64,000 nucleotides of DNA from a virus: IMG/VR virus record IMGVR_UViG_3300045988_096785, positions 41,968 through 105,967 of that record; one strand, given 5' to 3'. Position 1 is the first letter of the stretch. Each line of letters opens with the position of its first letter. The notes under the pieces are model-generated. The model saw nothing but the letters and a program-made list of their open reading frames with translations. It was not told the DNA's origin and made no database searches. The translations under genes and the position numbers were made by a program. Shown in pieces: positions 21,101 to 29,174 of this stretch.

Positions 21101-21612
21101 AAAATAAAGACAATATGAATGAGGTAGAAAAAACCAATCTCAAACGTCTCAGTGTCTATGCCGGCACGTTCCTTATCATGCAGGCCGTATCTATGCTTCT
21201 TGCCGGATGGCGTGATGATGATGAAAACGAAGAAAGTTGGCTTACTCAATTTGGATCCTATGTCGGATTCAGAACCATAAACGAAATAGCTTCACAGATG
21301 CCGTTTATTATGGAGCTTAACGTGGTAGATATCATTAACGATCCGTTCGTCATGGGACGGAAGCTGAAGGATCTTACCGATCTTAGGAATTATTCACTTG
21401 ATAAAGTAACATCCGGTACATACAAGGGAGAGTCTAAGTTATTTAGGCAACTCGCCAAACAGACGTTTATCAAACAATGGTATAATATCAAGACGCCGGA
21501 AGACGTAGCGCGCGCCTATAATTGGTGGCAGCAGACGAACAACAAGTCAATGATGTTCTTCATCGGCGCCACTCCTGATTCGGAAGGAGACGATGATGTT
21601 AGCTACAAATAG
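15190..21612 (+). CDS. Giant hypothetical protein (2140 aa). Candidate virion/injection protein. Should be compared to crAss-like virion RNAP and tape-measure proteins
   Basis: 6.4 kb ORF, mostly predicted helical, with a hydrophobic segment near the C-terminus (VYAGTFLIMQAVSMLLAGW). No DxDGD motif was found (only DADGN). Confidence 0.7.
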   Translation: MTSTCIIKRDNKNKVVSVSTRSGDRSMLFDKIASIPLMENRERATTVFKTVFSNKFLKAFGDWRRNVPINKQAYNKVKSNIDLIPEAYRERVLDKASKMSNPILVSKSDAPYGIQESGFGFYSQDLGDNIMLVDAMVPSSISVPEGPGIDAGQYLQDAISSDFTPVSMVRDKGVNYMVIKDGLKIFSPEELPEADSNPVGVTYQTGEPRLFFMNDRSQLFEDYGEALRSGGNDIRIGFLSGIVQESTVDGVADITYKAGKYVLNNPKSFIPVMTASTSTSLSTKGGIINYLIKKGLLSGSKIFDPETRSYYLTGEGHAGQIRLFNSALSYTELRNHFGSDVSMNDQGMITINSLDNSKVTMRLATGGTERVSKEQIKSDLKSGRYNELDAKYDHFDALVVSFILEDNDLYADTKAKIVSDYSQEERNQRNSIVEILKTLGVSVVGMTDYIEKYQTKYGHEPSAKALADIANNVIAVGEDATLSDLVEETAHFLVEAYRDQNAVESVLQDVEGTEEWNQYAGQYYNTYGKVYEGSELDNAVRREILGKILAREMQTGTAQAPVEPTSFLGRVRQLLSGIVNWLKSALSTQRQDLNNVIKNIRDLAITDIDKGFDTSLLKDNDFTLYSLSSMNKNKFLESKIRALRKTLRDLRQISSDRAVTTSMTLAQLKTIEDKINKVETEIDKNEMAAAMNSMISTAEAQVRYLSNVVNTILHGDTKDGKLHFNTNDRKNVDIINNQVLPIMNDLRGYIRNRSTEFDEREKQDYTNRINTVIADINGIQSDIKSVQDLDESTLLDKLMNELHVPADKVKRVKEFFDKVQHDVSWISRWFGILEHSSSPFNNALGTMIAKDNYNAMVNAQPAISDFLAYAKKHGFNKSEFEKLLQKVDGKISNYLRSALDMAKYDRNKKLAQMRAFATAMNIEISEEEINDVVDNNRNYVFKREVVDKDGNTVTENAKFKPSSDRVNTDIFTIEQEKIYTEQMEKWDAENSELEFSESYATRMESIYKKAEEELGHPVSQTTKEYLNALSRQKRILRQPFIDSNGNFDEVAYYKSSNYEEEGLLRKQRKEAASEYIYVGTRRVEKTGDQLKMAKEIQAINEVWRKESNNVTNAVSESFLQKLRTIQRESGGEAALKTLMLGGHLSFNDRFWNDVESEQSARTESNNKASYLKMAHDIISSTTSDRDATDVDSIVKDIEKNKAIIKEIIGNNRDVADIGEINEATFTSSERDAFRAASEAIEADYAILIDYAKMVGLEDIDKYLTKSSKAENEVNQSYLNALADSKEVEWKFVQRHTTAKKAKRIQALRDKLFKAADNRYLFTVSETNYLSEKLGISKELDGRDFRNAVNAKMASLFLNNTREEGVEEANAIVNEFARSQVFSYYKRMAPTGYAAMIDKIGRGEIDVAQMVKDVQNGTSTQDYGMDISYLSFDPARAWVAESEAENNGRNPDYVKDHGYGHRMPKKSLYRDESYFNDFGIKYDADGNEVATKNVEQWNMIQKLKEIKRQSLDLYKEQSPNLYAIPQISKQDIERMEGLGINFKNTVRNFVSDLCLDRVDDSLYGKTRQGEVYDPEDRLRSIPKYYIYELENQDDVSHDFGYSYSMLMMQSSLYNEKQKSIELAQGLEQMLLNKQFEGGKKAEATQAYQMFRDFFNDHYYGIRMNTKKLTVNIGGYTVDLTRIMMAVERFMSVMNLALSPFVAATGALTGHINLIMESAVGQYISKDSLKYASAEFSRLAPSCIAETGDIDRKSKLYVIGERMGIFNIRNRMYGAGYNRVARTLMRSPMYAFMEILNYPLDPQVMIATMDNVRYYKGRFYTFQDFKMEKERNKEQSTIKREWNALKDRTLWSMVDVVDGKVVVKPGSGVTVEEVETQMAITRNQVRSLSQICNGSLNEENRTAASRNWIARFMTAHRGWLVLAAQRLWKRRGFNFQTMQEEEGLSITLKNMIAKTFSLASESGMKNIIDAWNENKDNMNEVEKTNLKRLSVYAGTFLIMQAVSMLLAGWRDDDENEESWLTQFGSYVGFRTINEIASQMPFIMELNVVDIINDPFVMGRKLKDLTDLRNYSLDKVTSGTYKGESKLFRQLAKQTFIKQWYNIKTPEDVARAYNWWQQTNNKSMMFFIGATPDSEGDDDVSYK

Positions 21613-21748
21613 ACGAAGAATATCGGACTTGCATTGTTTTGGTATGATTCCAATATGCTATATTAGCATCGTCAAAGAGTAGATTGTACGTTTTTTGTTC
21701 TTACTTGAAAGATTATGTAGGTTTAATTTTTTCTGAAATTGTTTTCTT

Positions 21749-21790
21749 ACCGGTTCTCAGTCAGGGATGATAGGGAACCGGTTTCTTTTA
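21749..21790 (+). terminator. Rho-independent terminator of the plus-strand module
   Basis: ACCGGTTC-N18-GAACCGGT perfect 8-bp stem followed by TTCTTTTAT. Confidence 0.6.
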
Positions 21791-21814
21791 TGTTGTACCA
21801 AACAATTGCGATAT

Positions 21815-21860
21815 GAGTTTAAATAAAAAACAATTATGGCACCAAGAACTATTGGTGCCA
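21815..21860 (-). terminator. Terminator of the minus-strand module
   Basis: GGCACCAA-N6-TTGGTGCC perfect hairpin. On the minus strand it is followed by ATAATTGTTTTTTATTT. Confidence 0.5.
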
Positions 21861-21980
21861 TAATTGTTAAAACCGTTTATTGTAACAAGAGTCCACTACC
21901 TTTACCCTCTTTTCTTCTTTCTTACTTCCCCATTAGTTGATTTCCTTTCAACTATTCTAAGAGGAATATGAAACAAGTTT

Positions 21981-22469
21981 CTAAGCATTAATTTCATGAC
22001 CTTCCCTATTTGTGAAAACTAAACCAATACCTTCTATAATATATCCTACTACAGGAGCTTTGTCAAATTCCTCCTTCGTAGCCCAGGTAGCATTATCAGG
22101 CATCAGATCCTTGAATGCGTCCGAAACATCACCTTGACACCAGCAGTTATTTGATACAACAATGCCTTTCCCTTCGATATTGATATACATTTTTCTTCCA
22201 CCACATCCAAGGGTGTTCCATCCGCTCGGTACGTTTTCCACCATAGGCTTAAGCACCCAGCTTACACCGTCTATCCTAACCCATCCAGGATCGTCTTTGT
22301 GCTTGTCGTACAAGTTTTGCCAAAAAGAGCATTCGTAGCACCACCCCCTGTCTTCCATGACAGTTCTTATCTCACTCCTTTCAAATCCATCTGCATCCAT
22401 CGTGTGCGGAGAATGAGGCTGGTGAGGGGTGCCACATTTTGGACATACGAGTTTTAAATTATTTTCCAT
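21981..22469 (-). CDS. Hypothetical Cys-rich protein (162 aa)
   Basis: ORF with an N-terminal CPKCG motif. Last gene of the minus operon. Confidence 0.5.
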   Translation of the reverse strand: MENNLKLVCPKCGTPHQPHSPHTMDADGFERSEIRTVMEDRGWCYECSFWQNLYDKHKDDPGWVRIDGVSWVLKPMVENVPSGWNTLGCGGRKMYINIEGKGIVVSNNCWCQGDVSDAFKDLMPDNATWATKEEFDKAPVVGYIIEGIGLVFTNREGHEINA

Positions 22470-22711
22470 ATTATTTTACTTTCACGATCTTAATAGAATC
22501 TCCGATATTGTATTCCCCTTGGTGTCCAACGAATTTTATGATTCTATTATGTTTAAATATTGAAATTATTTCGTCTTCAGCATAATACATCACACGTCCA
22601 CCCTGTAAAGGACGTAGATCATATATAACCCATCCGTCATTAACCTGATGATTATTTGAACATGATTATAATACTAATGTCATCAATAAAATAAAATACT
22701 TCATATTATTT

Positions 22712-22903
22712 TCAGCATAAAAATTTGTAACCTGGTTTTACAGCTTCCGCTTCTTCTCTCGTATCAAACATTAAGGTAGTGACAGCTCCTATTCCTTCAC
22801 AAACGTAAGACACTTTCACCCACCACCTAAAAACCCCAGAGCCGTAATCATCATAGTACGGCTCAGAAAGAACTTCTTCTACATACCCATCCAAATAATT
22901 CAC
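22712..22903 (-). CDS. Small hypothetical protein (63 aa)
   Basis: ORF overlapping the start of the upstream gene. Confidence 0.35.
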   Translation of the reverse strand: MNYLDGYVEEVLSEPYYDDYGSGVFRWWVKVSYVCEGIGAVTTLMFDTREEAEAVKPGYKFLC

Positions 22904-23616
22904 GATCGCTCCTCCTTATTTTTAGATTCTGCCTCTTCGAGTATGCTGATCACCTTATCAACAATATCCGAATCAGACATTTTCTCAATAAAAACATCCA
23001 TCGTCTTAGTTGTGTCATTGGCTTCTTTTTCTTCAAGAGCAATTTCTCCACCGGTAATAGCATCAGATAATGATGTAGATAAGTGTCTTATCTTATCAAT
23101 GCTCATAAACGTAAATGGATTACCACCTTGACCCCCACCCATTTCTTTCATAATCTGATATCCACCTGAAATAAGTCTGCCTGATGTCGTGGCTAAGGAG
23201 GATACGATTAGGGACAGTACCGCCGCTTCCGTCCGCTCCTCGGACACGCCCTTCGACCACACGGCTGCCCTTATAGCGCCGGCCAGGTCGTCTATGTATG
23301 GCATGAGACAGTCTTCCATAACTTGTGTTATATCAGCTATAACCTCACTACGCTCTTTATTTATGTAGTAGATAGAAGCATTGTATTTCCTTATCTCCTT
23401 ATCCATATCATTCAAGAATCGTTTGACATTATGTCTGTACATAGGACCGCCCTTAACCACTTCCTTTAGCTTAAGAATGTAATTATAAGCCTGGTCGTTT
23501 ACAAATAATGTCATGGTCTCAACCGTTGAATGAAGTGTGTTAAGACTGTTAAGAATCTTATCGAAATTGTTTATCAAATAAGCCTTCCTGGCTTTTGCTG
23601 CGTAGTTAATCATCAC
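22900..23616 (-). CDS. Hypothetical protein (238 aa)
   Basis: ORF translationally coupled on both sides. Confidence 0.5.
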   Translation of the reverse strand: MMINYAAKARKAYLINNFDKILNSLNTLHSTVETMTLFVNDQAYNYILKLKEVVKGGPMYRHNVKRFLNDMDKEIRKYNASIYYINKERSEVIADITQVMEDCLMPYIDDLAGAIRAAVWSKGVSEERTEAAVLSLIVSSLATTSGRLISGGYQIMKEMGGGQGGNPFTFMSIDKIRHLSTSLSDAITGGEIALEEKEANDTTKTMDVFIEKMSDSDIVDKVISILEEAESKNKEERS

Positions 23617-24136
23617 ATTCGAATTTTAGATTTTCAAGTTCATTCAATTGTTTCTTAATTGACTCGATCAGGTGCGTTCTCCGTTCCTCTGCATGTTTTA
23701 AAGCTTCTTCTTTGCTCTCAAAAGCATCCCTTCCTATTTCATAAGGAGTGATCCTATCAGGAATGTCGGCTAACAAAAGACCACCATAATCTTCTATTTT
23801 AGCTTTTACTTTTCTTATTACACCGTCTCTCATGCACGCATCTGTAATCCATATAAACCTATCACATTCTTCTAATTCCCTTTCGTACAATTCATACCAT
23901 TCCGGTTTAGGAAATCTTAATGTAAATCTAATCTCGGTATCTTTTTCTAAGACATTAATATCATACGCCTCCGGCCACAGTTCTTTTATGCTGTCTTCAT
24001 CTTCAGCATACGCCACCAATACAAATGAATTACTGGATTCTGCACTACACCAATATGGATGTTTTATAGGCCATTTGACTGGACGGTAATCATTATCACA
24101 GTCATCCTTTCTAATGTAAAATCTTGCTCTAATCAT
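23606..24136 (-). CDS. Hypothetical protein (176 aa)
   Basis: ORF. Confidence 0.5.
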   Translation of the reverse strand: MIRARFYIRKDDCDNDYRPVKWPIKHPYWCSAESSNSFVLVAYAEDEDSIKELWPEAYDINVLEKDTEIRFTLRFPKPEWYELYERELEECDRFIWITDACMRDGVIRKVKAKIEDYGGLLLADIPDRITPYEIGRDAFESKEEALKHAEERRTHLIESIKKQLNELENLKFECDD

Positions 24137-24137
24137 G

Positions 24138-24446
24138 TTATTCTACTTTTTTGATTTCGCTCAAATCGTCTTCATACACCAAATAAGATCCTCTTCCAGG
24201 TCTTCCTTCTTTATTAGCTTTCTGGATTGTAAATATAACTGTTCCAGTATTCGTGATTTGCACGTTCTTAAAGAAACCAACAAGAGGCTCTTTCGAACGT
24301 TTGTAAAGAACACTCACTTTATCTCCATTCTTTAACCCATAAACAGAATCGAAATATTCCTTTTTAATTCTTTCAATATTACTTCTATGTTTGTTCATTG
24401 CATCAAGCTCGTCGTCTAACAGTTGAATCATTTGTTTTTTTGTCAT
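24138..24446 (-). CDS. Hypothetical protein (102 aa)
   Basis: ORF. Confidence 0.45.
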   Translation of the reverse strand: MTKKQMIQLLDDELDAMNKHRSNIERIKKEYFDSVYGLKNGDKVSVLYKRSKEPLVGFFKNVQITNTGTVIFTIQKANKEGRPGRGSYLVYEDDLSEIKKVE

Positions 24447-25009
24447 TTCTTTTCCTCCTTATTTAATGGTATTAATCCTTTTCCGTGTTTATCATACCAC
24501 AACATAGTTATCACATTCCATGCAGCCGCAGCTAAATGGTGCACGTTCGTCTCTTTATCCGTTCTCTCTCCTTTCAGGTATGCCATTATATGCCTGGCAG
24601 CCGCCGCACGATACCGTTCAAAGCCATTGTCAAGATTCTGCCAATTATTAGGCCCATATTTCTTGGCTCCGGCATGATAGACTTTTACAATGTCCTCAAT
24701 CTCTTCCATCGGAAGCAAATCCCATCGTAGTTTGTCGTCAATGATGTCATTTTTCACTGATTTTATTGAAGTACTTTTTTCTGGATCTCCTACAAGAACA
24801 AGTTCCATAATATCTGTTTCTATAATAATTGTGTTTCCATTGTAACAAACTTCAGCAAACTTGTCATTTTCTTTTATATTTGTTACTGCAACTACTATAG
24901 ATCCTTTGTACATTATAGTACTTTTATCTATTTTATCATCTTTCAATGTACGAAAAATAGATCCTTTTGGATAAAGGATGTTTTTAGTATTATTGTCCAT
25001 CTTTTCCAT
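24443..25009 (-). CDS. Protein with a C-terminal all-alpha NTP pyrophosphohydrolase (MazG-like / dATP-dGTP pyrophosphohydrolase-type) domain, 188 aa
   Basis: RWDLLPMEEIEDIVKVYHAGAKKYGPNNW...RYRAAAARH...HHLAAAAWNVITMLWY resembles phage MazG-like/DUF550-type domains as I recall them. Confidence 0.5.
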   Translation of the reverse strand: MEKMDNNTKNILYPKGSIFRTLKDDKIDKSTIMYKGSIVVAVTNIKENDKFAEVCYNGNTIIIETDIMELVLVGDPEKSTSIKSVKNDIIDDKLRWDLLPMEEIEDIVKVYHAGAKKYGPNNWQNLDNGFERYRAAAARHIMAYLKGERTDKETNVHHLAAAAWNVITMLWYDKHGKGLIPLNKEEKK

Positions 25010-25058
25010 CGTTTTATCGTTGTTTTAATCAATTAGTATAATAATATAGCCCATTATT

Positions 25059-25400
25059 TTATTCTTCGCCTATAAAGCGATCAAATTCTTCTCCGCTCAT
25101 AACAATGCGGTTAATGATGATTGTGCCGTTATTGCTATAATCGTCATTTTTAACTCCCACATCATCAAGCTCCCTCTTTAAGTCTTCAAATGTAGGACCG
25201 GTCTTGCTTTTAAAAAATAAAGTAGCATATACAACCTTTCCGTTGTTTAGTTTTACTCTCACGGTATAGACATATCCTTTTTCCTCTTCATCCTTTTTGT
25301 TGACACCATCAAGGATGCTATTTATCATGTTCTTATCCTCACGTGATAGGTTAGATATGGCTATTCTGCCCTTCAACCTAAATATTTCGTTTTCGTTCAT
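25059..25400 (-). CDS. Hypothetical protein (113 aa)
   Basis: ORF. Confidence 0.45.
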   Translation of the reverse strand: MNENEIFRLKGRIAISNLSREDKNMINSILDGVNKKDEEEKGYVYTVRVKLNNGKVVYATLFFKSKTGPTFEDLKRELDDVGVKNDDYSNNGTIIINRIVMSGEEFDRFIGEE

Positions 25401-25684
25401 GACTTTCTGTTTTTATTGTTTTCAAAATATTGTCTTACAGCTTCTATAGCCTTATCATCATCAAAAGCCTCTTCAAACTCCGTATAGAACCTATCTCGTT
25501 CCATGCAGAACGTGTTTTTCCCTTCTGGTATAGGACGGAATACAACCACCCTCTCTTCAGCGTGATTGGTTCCTATTATGTTATTATCTAAGACAATAGA
25601 ATACCTTTTTGAACTTTTGTTGATAACAACATCATGCTGAAGACCATACAATTTAAGTATTTCCCTTAATTCACTTGTTTCCAT
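25397..25684 (-). CDS. Hypothetical protein (95 aa)
   Basis: ORF with ATGA overlap. Confidence 0.45.
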   Translation of the reverse strand: METSELREILKLYGLQHDVVINKSSKRYSIVLDNNIIGTNHAEERVVVFRPIPEGKNTFCMERDRFYTEFEEAFDDDKAIEAVRQYFENNKNRKS

Positions 25685-25688
25685 TATT

Positions 25689-26459
25689 TTAAGATTTTAT
25701 ATTTTTAGAAGACACTGCTCCCGATCCCCACTTTTTCTTATATATAGTCCCCATCATGTTTATTAAATCGGAAAAAGAAGATATGGTTTCCATTTCTATA
25801 CAAAATGCAAGATTGGATTGAAGCATTTCAAGTTCTTTTAACTGCTCTTGAGTTGCTCTGTTTCTTATCATGCTCTCATGTTCGTTAAAAACGATCCAAT
25901 TGAGGCCTTTAGCCATTCTTGTATAATCTGCATCAGGAAATCTTGATATAGCCCTTGATAGGACATTATATTTATCTCCTGCCTCTATCCTATTTAAAAT
26001 AAGTTTGTCCGTCAACCATGTTACTACTTCAGCATACAGCATAGGGTTAAGCTCCATAGCTACAAGAACCCATATATAAGGATTGCACATCGTTCTCCTA
26101 TTCTCTCCTCTTCCCATAGTTTTATAAGCCCCCATCTTTTTCATCACTTTTATAAGTGATTCTTTTTCAACAGATTGGATAAAACCAGGAAATCCTGCTT
26201 CTATTGTATATCCTTGTTTTTCAAGGATATAGTATATTCGTTCAGCACTTTCTTTGTTGGACAGAATGTTTTCTATTCTCTTTTCATTCCATCCCATTTC
26301 TATCCTTTTTCTCGTATAAGCCTCTTGTAAGTCTGTTAAGGACATAAATGATGTTTTGGTATCTTGTTTAATTATAACACCAAACAGTTCCCGATCTTTC
26401 GATACCATTGTAACATTTGTTTTCATGAAATATAACACTAAAAAAATATCATGATGCAA
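25689..26459 (-). CDS. Hypothetical protein (256 aa), possibly antirepressor/KilA-N-like (weak)
   Basis: ORF. Loose resemblance only. Confidence 0.45.
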   Translation of the reverse strand: MHHDIFLVLYFMKTNVTMVSKDRELFGVIIKQDTKTSFMSLTDLQEAYTRKRIEMGWNEKRIENILSNKESAERIYYILEKQGYTIEAGFPGFIQSVEKESLIKVMKKMGAYKTMGRGENRRTMCNPYIWVLVAMELNPMLYAEVVTWLTDKLILNRIEAGDKYNVLSRAISRFPDADYTRMAKGLNWIVFNEHESMIRNRATQEQLKELEMLQSNLAFCIEMETISSFSDLINMMGTIYKKKWGSGAVSSKNIKS

Positions 26460-26527
26460 ATATATACATCATGATACATTAATAAAAGATTATAGTGTTA
26501 AATTTTACTTATAGTGTTTTTATGGAC

Positions 26528-26884
26528 TCACATTATTTCTTCTAAATTTACTTTTATAGAACCATTTATGGTTTTGATGTTCCCATCTATGGTTGAAATC
26601 ACATCATCTAAATCGTTTATAATGCCTTCCATGTCATCAACCACCTCTTCCATATCAGTTACAGCCTGATCTGATTCCCAATATTTTTCTGAGTCTTGTA
26701 ACGATTCCGGTATATTATCTCTCGCCTCAGTCTCTTCATCTAAAATCATATCAACATCATCCTTGGCTGAATTTATGTTGTACTTCAACTCCGATAACTT
26801 TGATTTGATGTATTCAAAATCTGTTTTATACTTATTTACGTTTTTGATAACATCCGATATTTTTTTTCTTCTCTTGTTGTTCAT
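26528..26884 (-). CDS. Hypothetical acidic coiled-coil protein (118 aa)
   Basis: ORF overlapping the helicase stop. Confidence 0.45.
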   Translation of the reverse strand: MNNKRRKKISDVIKNVNKYKTDFEYIKSKLSELKYNINSAKDDVDMILDEETEARDNIPESLQDSEKYWESDQAVTDMEEVVDDMEGIINDLDDVISTIDGNIKTINGSIKVNLEEIM

Positions 26885-28305
26885 GCCTTTATCCTATTAT
26901 AATATTCGATAATCTTTTCTTTCCTATCTCCCGGTTTTACTGCCATATTCTCAGCCAAGAACCTAAAATACGACACCGGTATGTCCTTGAATCTAATTCC
27001 TTCATATTTTCCAAACCACATTATTATGCTGTCAAGATCGTCTTCTCTCCTACCATCTCCATTCACAGATTTAAGTGAGGCTGCCCGGCGAAGAATTTCG
27101 TCTTTGGTAATAATATCACCCATCCTTATATTGGACAGAAGTTGATTGCCGGCAAACATACACCAGCCCTTAGAAGGAAATTGTTCGATCGTCAAGTCTT
27201 CTATCCGACCAAAACGTCTCATGTTGTCGCAGCAATCAACTATCAGCGCCTCTTTCTTATCAGGATGGATGCGGACGGCGCGGCCTAATATTTGGTAATA
27301 CGTTGAATATGAGAACGTTGGTCGACCAAACATCACACAATCAAGTTCAGGAAAGTCAAATCCGGTAGCAAGCGTTGAATAATTAAAAACCACCTTCAAC
27401 TTACCTTCTTTGAAATCTGATATGATTTGCTCTCTTTTCTTTTTGGTTGTTAGCGATGTTACGACACCGGTTATGGCTCCCATTTTGGCATTCATAAACT
27501 CTGATATTCTATTACATGATTCGATAGAATCCATACAAACCAAAATGGCTTTACGCTCGTTCATAAGCTGAAGAAGACGCTTGTAGATAGAGTTGTTTAA
27601 GCCATTTCGTACGATGCTTTCTTTAATAGATTCGTTGGTATATTCGGCTCCGGTACTGTTTAGCATCAGAGCCGATTCATCAAATGACCATCGTTCGTAC
27701 TTAAGTGGACACCAAAAACCTTGAGAAGTTAGCTCTTGTATTTGTATTACATGAACTAACTTCTTGAAGAAGTTATGCTCGTCTTTTGTCAGCATATTAA
27801 GTTTGCTATAGTTTCCTTCCAGCATGGAACTGTAGGCTCTGAGGCGGCAGGGAGTGGCGGTGAAGCCCAGCACCTTCGCCTCGGGAAACTCGCTCATAAA
27901 CTCCATAAATTCAGAACCTTCTTCAGGAGAATATCCTGAATGACATTCGTCTATCAATAAGGTATCTATCCCTGTATCTTTCAACCTTGCTACGTCTTTC
28001 TTTATGCTTTTAAGTGTAGCATAAGTCATAGCCGATAATTCCTTTACGCCACATGAGGCAGAGTATATAGTAGGTTCGGAGCCAAACGATACAGCCTTAG
28101 CATAATTCTGCTCCAGAATTTCTTTTGATGGCTGCAATACTAACGTTGGTCTATTTATCTCATGTGCTATCTTGGATATCAGAAGGCTCTTACCCGCTCC
28201 GCATGGGGCTACTATTATGCCAGGCTTTTTAGATCTTCCTGTAAGAAACTTAAGCCCGGCATCTACTGCTTCTTTCTGGTAAGGTCTAAGTTCAAAGCCC
28301 ATCAC
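26881..28305 (-). CDS. SF2 DEAH-box DNA helicase (474 aa) with a C-terminal DUF3820-like tail
   Basis: Walker A APCGAGKS. Motif II LLIDECH. Motif III TATP. Motif VI QILGRAVR. C-terminal MWFGKYEGIRFKDIP...YFRFL. Confidence 0.8.
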   Translation of the reverse strand: MMGFELRPYQKEAVDAGLKFLTGRSKKPGIIVAPCGAGKSLLISKIAHEINRPTLVLQPSKEILEQNYAKAVSFGSEPTIYSASCGVKELSAMTYATLKSIKKDVARLKDTGIDTLLIDECHSGYSPEEGSEFMEFMSEFPEAKVLGFTATPCRLRAYSSMLEGNYSKLNMLTKDEHNFFKKLVHVIQIQELTSQGFWCPLKYERWSFDESALMLNSTGAEYTNESIKESIVRNGLNNSIYKRLLQLMNERKAILVCMDSIESCNRISEFMNAKMGAITGVVTSLTTKKKREQIISDFKEGKLKVVFNYSTLATGFDFPELDCVMFGRPTFSYSTYYQILGRAVRIHPDKKEALIVDCCDNMRRFGRIEDLTIEQFPSKGWCMFAGNQLLSNIRMGDIITKDEILRRAASLKSVNGDGRREDDLDSIIMWFGKYEGIRFKDIPVSYFRFLAENMAVKPGDRKEKIIEYYNRIKA

Positions 28306-28678
28306 AATCTATTATATTATTTTTTGAAAGTTCTATTATCGCCTCTTTCAACATCTCCCTTGCTTTATTCTCATTATCTTCAAACAGGCATACACTGCAT
28401 GTAGCACCTTTGGAGGGGTAGTCTCTGTAGGCTTCTGCTCTTTCTACAACGTACTCACAACAATAGTCGTGACTCATGTCTTTTGCTATACTTATGAAAT
28501 GATCTTCTCCATCCATCAACACGCAATATTCAGCATCGTTTTCGCATGCAATAACACCTTTGTTTTTTAAAATGGATAGCACTTTATTTCCAAAAAGTCC
28601 AATATAGACCCATATACCTTTCCCTGCATTTTTGTAAAAAATATCCATCCCTTCTTTGATTGTGACTTTCTTTTCCAT
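28292..28678 (-). CDS. Hypothetical Cys-containing protein (128 aa)
   Basis: ORF. Confidence 0.45.
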   Translation of the reverse strand: MEKKVTIKEGMDIFYKNAGKGIWVYIGLFGNKVLSILKNKGVIACENDAEYCVLMDGEDHFISIAKDMSHDYCCEYVVERAEAYRDYPSKGATCSVCLFEDNENKAREMLKEAIIELSKNNIIDCDGL

Positions 28679-28684
28679 AATCCC

Positions 28685-29035
28685 TTATTTTATATCAGTA
28701 ATTAAAACATATCTTTTAGCAATATCTTCAAGACTCACAGAAGAACGTATATATAGTTTTTCTTCGTACTCATATAGAGCGTACCCTTCTTTTATGTCTA
28801 ATATCTTAATCACATGCTTGCCTCTTTCAAATGGATCCTCAAAGTAGTTCTTATGTTCGTATCTTTGACCTACTTTGATTTTGTCAGTTTTCTTCTTTAT
28901 CTTATAACGATCTACTGCTCTACCTGTTTTTATGAAAGCTGTCGTGAGCAAGTATAATAAAACTAAATACAAAAGGATCGCTACTCCACATATTAGATCT
29001 TCTTTCATTACACTCCTTTTAAATAGTTGAACCAT
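28685..29035 (-). CDS. Hypothetical membrane-anchored protein (116 aa)
   Basis: N-terminal hydrophobic helix ICGVAILLYLVLLYLLTTAFI. Confidence 0.45.
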   Translation of the reverse strand: MVQLFKRSVMKEDLICGVAILLYLVLLYLLTTAFIKTGRAVDRYKIKKKTDKIKVGQRYEHKNYFEDPFERGKHVIKILDIKEGYALYEYEEKLYIRSSVSLEDIAKRYVLITDIK

Positions 29036-29174
29036 ATATCCTCCAGCTTCTCCTGAAGCTCAAACGCTTTCTTGAAATTCCCGCATCGTACAGCAACGTC
29101 TCTCATGTATGTCAAGTTTATAACTTCCGGATCTTGCCGGTATTTTGTTCTTAACTTTTGAACATCATCGTATT

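Noticed and set aside
15190-21612. RNAP DxDGD catalytic motif in the 2140-aa protein
   Set aside because: Only DADGN (KYDADGNEV) was found, and not in a recognisable double-psi beta-barrel context by eye. The claim is left as a test rather than a call
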